From contig JAFTSJ010000006.1 of NCBI GenBank assembly GCA_017467335.1, forward strand, positions 9,847 through 73,846: a DNA stretch of 64,000 nt, written 5' to 3'. Under the pieces are notes generated by a model that did not search any database, was not told the origin of the DNA, and saw nothing but the letters and a program-made list of their open reading frames with translations. Positions within the stretch are counted from its first letter, which is position 1; every line of letters begins with the position of its first letter. Source of the DNA: Alphaproteobacteria bacterium (GTDB lineage Bacteria > Pseudomonadota > Alphaproteobacteria > CAAHEQ01 > UBA3637). A program made the translations under genes and the position numbers. Below are positions 46,734 through 54,461 of this stretch, piece after piece.

Positions 46734-46951
46734 CCTTCACCCGCTCCAAAATTTAAACGGTTACCATTTGGTGGCCGTTAAATTTTTGAGTGGGCAAGGA
46801 GTAAGGACCCGAGCAGAGGGTTCGGTGAACGAGGGCGATACTTTGCCTGAGTGAATGACGTTGTGCGTCAGCAAACGATCGTGCGGATTGCCCAGAGGGC
46901 AACCAAACGATAAATTGTGCGAAGTATGAGCCAATTTACAATCCCTTCACC
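46734..46951 (+). ncRNA. candidate structured non-coding RNA, class unknown
   Basis: Local G+C is about 50% against about 30% in the flanks. Hand-folded helices are: A 46734-46746/46788-46799; B 46749-46760/46775-46785; C 46805-46810/46818-46823; D 46824-46835/46943-46951; E 46838-46846/46919-46927; F 46856-46860/46866-46870; G 46888-46893/46897-46902. Three G:U pairs work only on the plus strand. Confidence 0.5.
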
Positions 46952-47004
46952 TGTCTTCCGAATTCTTTTATCGGCAAAAGATATACAATATTTTTACAAT
47001 CCGG

Positions 47005-47715
47005 TTATTTTCTAGAATAAGATAAATCTTTCTTACCACAACACACCAAAAGGTTATGATATCTTTTCTGATGAAAAAAATATTTATTATAACCATGCTT
47101 TTCCATATACATCAAAAGGTTATAATATCCTCTAGGTGTTGGAGTCGGCCATAAAACCCCTTCTTCCGGTAATGTTATGACTGTATCAACAACAGCACCT
47201 TGTTTCTTAGCCTCCTTTAAAGTAACTTGATTACTCATAACTTTCAAAAATAGGTCTTGTTCCATCATAATAATTGCAGGATTATCCCGAGGAACCATAT
47301 TTTCCGGCTTTAATAAATTTGACCGGTAAACAAAAACATAAGTATAATCTTTTCTACCAGGTTCGGATTTCTGATTTTTAAAGATAAATTCCGGCAAACC
47401 ATAAGGTGCATTTTTGATCTCGGTAAAAATAATGCTATTTTTAGTAATAATCGGAATAGATGTTTTTTTATTGGGAACAATTTCACAATCGCATCCGATT
47501 TCTTCCTTGCATTCTCTTGCAAGTGCTGAAAGCAATCCTTCCCCCTGTTCCACTTTACCGCCAATCCCACCAAAAGGTAATATAACTTGCCCAAAATCAT
47601 TTTTAATCCATCTTTTTTCAGGTTGAATAACAAAACAAAGTTTATCCCCAACCATAGCAATCATTGCAACAGATAAATCCGCTTTCGGATCGTCAATTAA
47701 TTCTTTAAAATTCAT
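47005..47715 (-). CDS. Nudix-family hydrolase
   Basis: Nudix box GKVEQGEGLLSALARECKEEIGC fits GX5EX7REUXEEXGU. It is the last gene of the three-gene operon, 2 nt after the upstream stop. Confidence 0.75.
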   Translation of the reverse strand: MNFKELIDDPKADLSVAMIAMVGDKLCFVIQPEKRWIKNDFGQVILPFGGIGGKVEQGEGLLSALARECKEEIGCDCEIVPNKKTSIPIITKNSIIFTEIKNAPYGLPEFIFKNQKSEPGRKDYTYVFVYRSNLLKPENMVPRDNPAIIMMEQDLFLKVMSNQVTLKEAKKQGAVVDTVITLPEEGVLWPTPTPRGYYNLLMYMEKHGYNKYFFHQKRYHNLLVCCGKKDLSYSRK

Positions 47716-47717
47716 TA

Positions 47718-48908
47718 TTAACTACCTTCGTTCAAATATGTTTTCTTTTGTAGCGGGCACCTTGGATCAATAGGTGTCTTTGTTGCTAATCTAACACTGG
47801 GGCACCCACCTTGACAAGCATTTACATATGCACAATGTGAACATTTGCTATTCTTGTTTTCAGTTTTGAAATATTCTCTTATTTTTTTAAAATTATAACC
47901 ATTTTTCCAAAGCATTTTAATATCTGTCCCCTTTAATGTTTCAGACGGGAAGTAAGAATCTATAAAACCGCATGGAGAAAAATGACAATTCCAATCAATA
48001 TATGCCGATCTGGTTCCGGCAGCGCAATCTAACTTTTGTCCAAAAACAGAATAATGAGCAGATGAATCATAGCAAAATACTTCTTCTAAATTGATAAAAG
48101 GATTATCATTCCTTAGTTTTCTAACAGCATCATAAAAAAACCAATATTTTTCATCCGGAAACAGAGTAGACAAATTAGAAACCGCTGCCCTTCCTTTAGG
48201 TTTTACACTTCTAATTCTAATTGGCACTTCCAGTTTCTTGCTGATTTTATCCAACTCAAATATCTGATCATATGATTCTTTTGTATTAATAATAGTTGAT
48301 CTTAATTCTGTTTTAATTCCGTTTTCTTTCAATGTCTTAACTGATGATATAGCAATTTTAAATAAACCAGGAAAACATCTTGTTTTATCATGGTATTGTT
48401 CTCCACCATCTAAACTAATAGATACTTTTACTCTGTTTTCCCTTAAAATATTTAATTTTTCTTGTGTTATCGTAGGGAATGTAATTCCAGAAGTACTTGT
48501 TGAAACTGATATCCCGGAATTATTGAATTTTTTAATTAAATCATAAAAATATGGATATACGAACGGTTCTCCGCCACCAATTTTGACCTTTAAAACACCA
48601 AAATCTATAATTTGATTTGAAAGCCTTTCTATTTCTGCTTCATCTATACCTTTTGTATTTGCGGAACCAGAATCAGATAAGCAAAATGGACATTTCAATG
48701 GACACTTTGTACTTGGATCAAGAAAAATTTTTATGGGAGCAGAAAAGGCATCAAGAACTTCTTCATTCCTAATAATTCTTGTTCTGGAATCAAGTTGGGG
48801 TATAGTTTCATTTTGTTTTGTTAATACCAATTCTCCATCCGTAGTAATTCCGATTCCACGAATACCTGCATAATTATACTCATATCTATATATTGCTAAT
48901 TGTTTCAT
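47718..48908 (-). CDS. radical SAM enzyme with C-terminal SPASM-type auxiliary cluster domain
   Basis: CPLKCPFC (CX3CX2C), GGGEP, and C-terminal CAAGT…CGF…CSHCAYVNACQGGCPSVRL…CPL. Confidence 0.8.
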   Translation of the reverse strand: MKQLAIYRYEYNYAGIRGIGITTDGELVLTKQNETIPQLDSRTRIIRNEEVLDAFSAPIKIFLDPSTKCPLKCPFCLSDSGSANTKGIDEAEIERLSNQIIDFGVLKVKIGGGEPFVYPYFYDLIKKFNNSGISVSTSTSGITFPTITQEKLNILRENRVKVSISLDGGEQYHDKTRCFPGLFKIAISSVKTLKENGIKTELRSTIINTKESYDQIFELDKISKKLEVPIRIRSVKPKGRAAVSNLSTLFPDEKYWFFYDAVRKLRNDNPFINLEEVFCYDSSAHYSVFGQKLDCAAGTRSAYIDWNCHFSPCGFIDSYFPSETLKGTDIKMLWKNGYNFKKIREYFKTENKNSKCSHCAYVNACQGGCPSVRLATKTPIDPRCPLQKKTYLNEGS

Positions 48909-48909
48909 T

Positions 48910-50949
48910 TTATATTGAGCCTGTCCTAGATTTTATTGAAAAAACAGGTATTCCAATTTGAGCGGAAAATTCATTAATATGTCTTCCGCTTAAATCAAAA
49001 CCACCTCTAGAAATCATCGCATTCGACACAAAAATAGAATCGATAGGCGTGTTTTCCTTTTTTAGTTTTAGATAATGATTAAGCAAATCATGAAAAACAA
49101 GTAATCCAGCAATCCCGACATTACCACCAAAATGTTCATTTTTAACAGAGGTTATTTTAAGATTTTTAACTTCTTCCTCCGGTTTTAAACAATTTAAAGC
49201 CTCTTGAAAAAACGGCTCAATAATCTCGCCTGTAAAAATATGCGGATAACTTAAATGATGTTTTTTTTGTAATTTCGAAATTTCTTTAAAAATTCCATAA
49301 TCCACATCATCATGCAAAAGTATTCCAAACAATCCAACCGCTCGTTCTCCTGCGTATCTGGGATCTTGTATTTGTTTTGAAGCATCAACAAATATTTGTT
49401 TGATTTTTCCGTCATTGTCTAAGATATCAAGTATAAATTTTGATTTTTCCCCTTCTTTCCATTTATCGGTTAAAATTAAATTAGCCTCAGTTCTGGAACG
49501 TATAGGCATATCATCAATTTTTAATATTATATCACCTTGTTTTATTCCACAAATATCTGCTAAAGAATTTGGAATAACATCTTCTATTTTCGCCTTTAAT
49601 CCTTTTCTATTGATTAATCCAACTGTTGTGATAATCGGCGTTTTAATTTCTTTTCTAAGAGAACAAATTGTATCATCAATTACGCGTAATTCTGAAACTG
49701 TTTGATATACCTGTGGATTATGATGTTTTGTTGCTGTTGGAAGTGCCACACGGATATAGGTATGCGGATTATACTTATCAGCATATCTGACTGTTTCTAT
49801 CACATCCTCAATCGGTATGATTTTGATTGCTGCCACTATAGAAACATCAAACTTTATCCCCAGATCATGCATTAACTTTATAGATGAAATAGCATTTTTA
49901 TGTTCTTCTATTTTTGCCCCCGGCATAATTTTCGAACGCCAATATACATTAGCACTATTCAATGAAACCTGAAATAAGACATTATCTTTTAATTTTTCAT
50001 CTTTTGCAACTTCTTGTAATAGTTCACGAGTTAAATTTCCGCCATGTGTGATAATTGGAATTTGCTGGTCAGGTGTTTTTTGAGCAATCAGTTTCAAAAT
50101 TTTTAAAAAGTCAGGATGTTCTGTCGGTTCCCAATCCATCATAGCAAACCGCAATATCGGATGTGCTCTGCCTGTTTGAGGATCATAATCTTCTAATAAT
50201 GCAGACATATCTTCTAATTTTCTATTCCAATTATAAGGATATTTTATTGTTGATAAATTCCTATCCACATAACAAAAACGACATCCTTGTTTACAATTAT
50301 TAAAAACAAAAGGAGTAATAGCCCTTTGAGCAGAACTCGCATTAACTCTAAAAAAATTCCTATCTATTATCTTTGCTTGGTATGACTGTAAGTCAAATTG
50401 CACATAATTACTCAAGTATCCGTATAATACTTGTAAAAAGTCAGCAGATACACCCTCTGTTTGTATTTCTTTTTCCTCTTTCAAGGTATTTCCGACATAT
50501 TGATTTTCTATAAATTTAATTGTTTTTGGTTCAATATTCTTTTGATTAATATCATATAATGATACCACATTCAAAAGAGTATTCATGACATCATTAAAAC
50601 TATATCTTTTATTTGTCGGTTTAAATGCAGGATATTTTTTTAATGTTTCTAAATAGTTTGAAATGACTGAAATTATAGGTAAATCTTGCGAAAACAGAAT
50701 TTCTGAATATGATTTTGAATCTTGATATGTCGGTATATCCGAACACACGGATATCACCTCGGCTTTATTAATGCTGATATAACTAGGAATTACTTGCTTT
50801 CGATTATTATCATACATTTTAACAAGTATAAGTAAGGAATTTATAAGTCTTCCTTCTGTATTTTTCTGTTCAATCGGATTAGAAAAGTCATTACCATTAA
50901 TGATATCCAAGTAACTGGAAAAATTAGAATCTTTTAATCGAATAGCCAT
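48910..50949 (-). CDS. radical SAM enzyme with internal PDZ domain and DUF512-like C-terminus, plus unknown roughly 200 aa N-domain
   Basis: Start set at MAIRLKD… (GGAGGAAG RBS). Contains CKQGCRFC (CX3CX2C). PDZ-like segment reads …SLADICGIKQGDIILKIDDMPIRSRTEANLIL…. C-terminus reads …HFGGNVGIAGLLVFHDL…ISRGGFDLSG…. Confidence 0.75.
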   Translation of the reverse strand: MAIRLKDSNFSSYLDIINGNDFSNPIEQKNTEGRLINSLLILVKMYDNNRKQVIPSYISINKAEVISVCSDIPTYQDSKSYSEILFSQDLPIISVISNYLETLKKYPAFKPTNKRYSFNDVMNTLLNVVSLYDINQKNIEPKTIKFIENQYVGNTLKEEKEIQTEGVSADFLQVLYGYLSNYVQFDLQSYQAKIIDRNFFRVNASSAQRAITPFVFNNCKQGCRFCYVDRNLSTIKYPYNWNRKLEDMSALLEDYDPQTGRAHPILRFAMMDWEPTEHPDFLKILKLIAQKTPDQQIPIITHGGNLTRELLQEVAKDEKLKDNVLFQVSLNSANVYWRSKIMPGAKIEEHKNAISSIKLMHDLGIKFDVSIVAAIKIIPIEDVIETVRYADKYNPHTYIRVALPTATKHHNPQVYQTVSELRVIDDTICSLRKEIKTPIITTVGLINRKGLKAKIEDVIPNSLADICGIKQGDIILKIDDMPIRSRTEANLILTDKWKEGEKSKFILDILDNDGKIKQIFVDASKQIQDPRYAGERAVGLFGILLHDDVDYGIFKEISKLQKKHHLSYPHIFTGEIIEPFFQEALNCLKPEEEVKNLKITSVKNEHFGGNVGIAGLLVFHDLLNHYLKLKKENTPIDSIFVSNAMISRGGFDLSGRHINEFSAQIGIPVFSIKSRTGSI

Positions 50950-50969
50950 ACTTCCTCCTTCTGTCAAGG

Positions 50970-50998
50970 ATTTTAATACAAACACAACAAAATGTCAA
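50970..50998 (-). promoter_or_regulatory. near-consensus sigma70 promoter of the radical-SAM operon
   Basis: On the minus strand TTGACA-17 nt-TAAAAT, about 20 nt upstream of the RBS. Confidence 0.6.
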
Positions 50999-51013
50999 GA
51001 AAAATTTATTTTT

Positions 51014-51214
51014 TCATGTAGACACGTCATCAATTTTTAATATTATATCCTCTTGTCTTATTCCAAGAATATCTGCTAAAGAATTTTCACAACAACTTTT
51101 TTCACTTTTGTTTATGACTATCGTATACGCATTTTTTAATAAATATTTATTTGTTTCAAAAATGATTGTTCCAAAATCGTTTGTTTTTACAGTATCGGCA
51201 AAGATTCTTCTGTT
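51014..51214 (-). pseudogene. fragment of a paralogue of the PDZ/radical-SAM gene
   Basis: 51020-51085 is about 90% identical by eye to 49508-49573. It translates as …TIVINKSEKSCCENSLADILGIRQEDIILKIDDVST*, compared with the intact …NSLADICGIKQGDIILKIDDMP…. There is no start codon. Confidence 0.65.
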
Positions 51215-51231
51215 TTATTACACTTATTTAA

Positions 51232-51423
51232 AAAGGCATTTTATCAGATATAGCCTTAAATGCAAAAGGAATCTTCAAAAGTTCGATAAATGAAGAAAAA
51301 CACAAAATTTTAAAACTGATTTTATCGAACTCGGTGGTCGATGGAAAAAATCTTTATTTTTCAATAAATAAACCCTTCGATAAATTGCTTTTTTCGAAGG
51401 GTTGTAAGACTTGGTACCTCTAG
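51232..51423 (+). pseudogene. possible C-terminal remnant of a (large serine?) recombinase abutting tRNA-Leu
   Basis: Start-less open frame GILSDIALNAKGIFKSSINEEKHKILKLILSNSVVDGKNLYFSINKPFDKLLFSKGCKTWYL*. It resembles C-termini of 'recombinase family' proteins as I recall them. This is unverified, and it overlaps the tRNA terminator hairpin. Confidence 0.3.
51362..51403 (-). terminator. terminator hairpin downstream of tRNA-Leu
   Basis: AACCCTTCGA-12 nt-TCGAAGGGTT (10 bp stem), followed on the minus strand by TTTATTTATT. Confidence 0.55.
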
Positions 51424-51498
51424 CCGGACTTGAACCAGCATGATCTTGCGATCAACAGATTTTGAGTCTGTCGCGTCTACCAATTTCGCCATAGAGGC
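51412..51498 (-). tRNA. tRNA-Leu (anticodon CAA), class II with long variable arm
   Basis: GCCTCTATGGCGAAATTGGTAGACGCG-ACAGA-CTCAAAA-TCTGT-…GCTGGTTCAAGTCCGGC-TAGAGGT-A-CCA. The acceptor stem has G1:U72 instead of G:C. Confidence 0.85.
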
Positions 51499-51519
51499 AT
51501 ATTTTCACTAGACAAATCG

Positions 51520-51547
51520 ATTATATCACTTTATAATCGGTTGTCAA
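51520..51547 (-). promoter_or_regulatory. sigma70 promoter of tRNA-Leu
   Basis: On the minus strand TTGACA-16 nt-TATAAT. Confidence 0.6.
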
Positions 51548-51593
51548 GCACTTTTTTACATTTTTTTATTTTTTTTATTTAAAGGACTCTTTT

Positions 51594-52376
51594 ATGACTA
51601 TTAAACAACATTTTTCCCCCTTCAAATCCATCTTAATCACAGGTGCTTCCAGTGGTATCGGAGCCGCTCTTGCCAAACGTTATGCTCAAAAAGATGTTTT
51701 TCTCTTTTTATGTGGACGAAATAAGCAACGCCTTGAAAAAGTTGCAAATGAATGTCGTACTCTCGGTGCACATGTAACCATCTTTTCTTTCGATGTAACG
51801 GATGCCGATGCAGCCCACGAAGCCGTTAATTCAGCCAATTCCATTCAACCACTTGATTTAGTTATTGCTAACGCCGGAGTTTCAAGCGGTATTATCGGTA
51901 TGCCTGAAAATACAAACGCAACAACAATGATTATGAAAACCAATATTTTTGGTGTTGTACATACAATTTTACCAGCCATCGAAATATTTAAAGCCCAAAA
52001 GCAAGGTCAAATCGTCCTAATGAGTTCCATGGCCGGTTATCGTGGACTAAGCAGTTGCCCGGCCTATTCTGCTTCCAAAAACTGCGTTAAGGCCTGGGGC
52101 GAAGCATTACGAGGCTTTTTAGCCAAAGATAATATTAAAGTTAATGTTATTTGTCCCGGCTTTATTAAAACACCATTGACAGATGTAAATGCTTTTCCTA
52201 TGCCTTTCTTAATGCAACCGGAAAAAGCAGCCCGCATTATCGAATCCGGCATACGCAAAAACAAACCAATTATTGCTTTCCCTCATATCATGGTGTTTTT
52301 GGTTTGGTTTTGTTCCATTCTCCCATCTTTTATTTTTCATCCGATTTTAAAACTATTACCACAAAAAGAAAAATAA
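51594..52376 (+). CDS. short-chain dehydrogenase/reductase (SDR)
   Basis: ITGASSGIGAALAKRY (TGxxxGxG), NAG, and YSASK catalytic motifs. Confidence 0.8.
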   Translation: MTIKQHFSPFKSILITGASSGIGAALAKRYAQKDVFLFLCGRNKQRLEKVANECRTLGAHVTIFSFDVTDADAAHEAVNSANSIQPLDLVIANAGVSSGIIGMPENTNATTMIMKTNIFGVVHTILPAIEIFKAQKQGQIVLMSSMAGYRGLSSCPAYSASKNCVKAWGEALRGFLAKDNIKVNVICPGFIKTPLTDVNAFPMPFLMQPEKAARIIESGIRKNKPIIAFPHIMVFLVWFCSILPSFIFHPILKLLPQKEK

Positions 52377-52446
52377 AACATTGCATTTATGTTTAAATAT
52401 TGCTATAAACAAAAGATAAATATCAATTTAAGCAAAGGATAATATA

Positions 52447-53127
52447 ATGAAAAAACAACTACCTGATGAAGCTGAACGGATTCAACAAGCCATTTTAGAA
52501 CGTGAAGTTGAAGAAGAATTACAAAAAGAACGTTTAATGAACTTTTGGAAAAAGTATCGTTTTGTGATTATCGGCGGTCTTTTTCTGATTATCAGTTTCA
52601 CTGTTGGAACAGAAGTATATAAAAGTTGGTATAACAAAATCCGCATTGCTGAATCAAATCAATTTGAACAAGCTGTTTTATTTGACTACACAAGCGAACC
52701 TGAAAAAGCAAGTCAATTATATAGTGAGTTATCTCAAAATGCACGTACCGGCTATCAGTATTTAGCTCAAATGCGTTTAGCACAAATGGCTTTTGGAAAA
52801 AATGATACAAGTAACGGAATACAAATTTTAACCAACCTGATGAATAACAGCGCTGCACCGGAAGAATTACGTGATGTTGCCCGTTTGTCTGTTATCGGTC
52901 ATCAAGTCGGGACAACCGATTCGAATGAATTGTTAAAATTGTTACAACCATTGCTCAAAAAACAAAACTCTTTTTATGCCTCTGCAGTAGAATTACAAGC
53001 CATTTTATTGTTGGAACAGAAAAAAAATGATGAAGCAAGCCAAATTTTAAATACGGCATTGGGTTTGCCCACTCTTTCGGAACAATCTAAAAACAGATTA
53101 AAAGAATTATTATCTATTATTCAATAA
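52447..53127 (+). CDS. YfgM-like TPR membrane protein
   Basis: One N-terminal TM helix followed by a TPR-like helical domain. Its position immediately upstream of bamB-der matches the conserved yfgM-bamB-der arrangement. Confidence 0.6.
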   Translation: MKKQLPDEAERIQQAILEREVEEELQKERLMNFWKKYRFVIIGGLFLIISFTVGTEVYKSWYNKIRIAESNQFEQAVLFDYTSEPEKASQLYSELSQNARTGYQYLAQMRLAQMAFGKNDTSNGIQILTNLMNNSAAPEELRDVARLSVIGHQVGTTDSNELLKLLQPLLKKQNSFYASAVELQAILLLEQKKNDEASQILNTALGLPTLSEQSKNRLKELLSIIQ

Positions 53128-53184
53128 CACCGTTACAGGTATCATATCGGTTTATCATTATCTAAGACCAAAAAAGGGATTGAA

Positions 53185-54453
53185 ATGAAAAAATTATGTT
53201 GTTTACTTTGTGTTATGTTATTGTTAACCGGTTGTGGAACAGATAAAAAGATGGCTCCCAAAGAAGGGCGTATCTCCATACATTCTGATTCACACCATCA
53301 GCTTGTCAAAACACAAGATCCTGTATATCTGGACGAAGTTCATTCTGATATATCATGGCAACAGGCCAACGCAAATGCCCAAAATCATATACCACATGGA
53401 CAAATCGGTACACATATTGCCAAAAAATGGTCTCGAAATGTCGGCAAAGGGTTATCAGACGATTATTTTGTTTTACCTGAACCTATTATTGTCAATCAAA
53501 AAATTTACGTTTTGGACAGTGCTTTACGTTTAACTGTTTTAGATGAAAATACCGGTTCTCAAATCAATCAGATACAATTGCCTTTATCCGAAGATATGGG
53601 CATGAACAGTATCGGATTATCATCTGACGGCGAACAAATCTATATCGTTTGTGGAAATGGTATCGTATATGCAACTGATTTATCAGGAAAAATTATATGG
53701 GAATATAATACGCACGCTATTTTACGTTCTGCCCCCACTGTTGCCAATAATCTCATTTTTATTTTATCAGGAAACAATGAATTATTTGTCTTAAATGCAA
53801 AAGACGGTACGGAAAAATGGCGTTATAAAAATATAAAAACAGATACAAATCTTTTTGGTATGGGGAAAGTAGCCGTTTCCAAGGGAATTGCTATTGTTCC
53901 ATTTTCCAGTGGTGAAATTATTGCTTTTGATATTCAAACAGGTATGATACAATGGGCGGATACATTATTGTCATACCGAACGTTCAGCCCGATTGACGAT
54001 TTGTCGCATATCGTTGCCTCGCCCGTCATTGTTAACGATACCGTTTATTTGGTTGGCAACGCAAAAAAAACAGGTGCCTACGCATTACAAACAGGTGATG
54101 TCCGATTTATACAAAATATCGGCGGTCAAAATACACCCGTTGTTAATGGGAATGCCTTATTTATGATTACAACACAAAATACCCTTATTGCCTTAAATAC
54201 AACAAATGGTCATACTGTATGGGAAACAAATCTTACATCAAAGGAAATGAACGGTATTGCATGGAAAGGACCTGTTTTAATTAACAATCAACTTGTGATT
54301 GTTTCAAATAAAGGTGACATATTGTTTATAGATGCTTTAAATGGTAGTCTGAAACAACACCTCCAAAATGAATCATTTTCAAACAAACCCATTTTGGGAA
54401 CAAACAAAGTCATTTTTTATACAAATGATGCTGATTTAATTGCTTATCAATAA
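53185..54453 (+). CDS. bamB: outer-membrane protein assembly factor BamB (PQQ-like beta-propeller lipoprotein)
   Basis: Lipobox LLLTGC. Repeated …G(K/T)xxWxxx… blades. Synteny with der. Confidence 0.75.
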   Translation: MKKLCCLLCVMLLLTGCGTDKKMAPKEGRISIHSDSHHQLVKTQDPVYLDEVHSDISWQQANANAQNHIPHGQIGTHIAKKWSRNVGKGLSDDYFVLPEPIIVNQKIYVLDSALRLTVLDENTGSQINQIQLPLSEDMGMNSIGLSSDGEQIYIVCGNGIVYATDLSGKIIWEYNTHAILRSAPTVANNLIFILSGNNELFVLNAKDGTEKWRYKNIKTDTNLFGMGKVAVSKGIAIVPFSSGEIIAFDIQTGMIQWADTLLSYRTFSPIDDLSHIVASPVIVNDTVYLVGNAKKTGAYALQTGDVRFIQNIGGQNTPVVNGNALFMITTQNTLIALNTTNGHTVWETNLTSKEMNGIAWKGPVLINNQLVIVSNKGDILFIDALNGSLKQHLQNESFSNKPILGTNKVIFYTNDADLIAYQ

Positions 54454-54461
54454 GGAATATC

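Noticed and set aside
46846-46876. Hammerhead-ribozyme-like core (CUGAGUGA – stem UGACG/CGUCA – GCAAAC).
   Set aside because: The conserved CUGANGA and GAAA boxes are both violated: there is an extra U, and GCAAAC replaces GAAA. No cleavage-site helix could be built.
46684-46929. TGA read-through (Trp recoding) joining the 56 aa and 24 aa ORFs into one protein.
   Set aside because: TGA clearly functions as a stop in four ATGA stop/start overlaps in this window (16171-16174, 34106-34109, 41543-41546, 62634-62637). The extended frame has no protein-like features.
46871-46930. Possible tmRNA tag region, because the GC-rich element contains GCA-AAC-GAT (Ala-Asn-Asp), the usual start of proteobacterial SsrA tags.
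   Set aside because: The frame runs on for about 50 codons without an …(L/V)AA stop. There is no tRNA-like acceptor/T-arm (GGTTCGAnTCC…CCA) and no 5' GGGG end, in either one-piece or permuted form.
45714-46951. IS110-style recombinase plus bridge RNA, or IscB/TnpB omega-RNA, as an explanation for the structured RNA.
   Set aside because: The recombinase is a classical resolvase/invertase (YIRVSTDKQ plus a C-terminal HTH), not a DEDD/Tnp IS110 enzyme. The RNA lies downstream of it, not upstream. No tnpB or iscB gene, or remnant of one, is visible.
51108-51293. Plus-strand 61 aa ORF between the operon promoter and tRNA-Leu.
   Set aside because: It overlaps the paralogue fragment on the opposite strand, has no RBS, and its translation is low-complexity.
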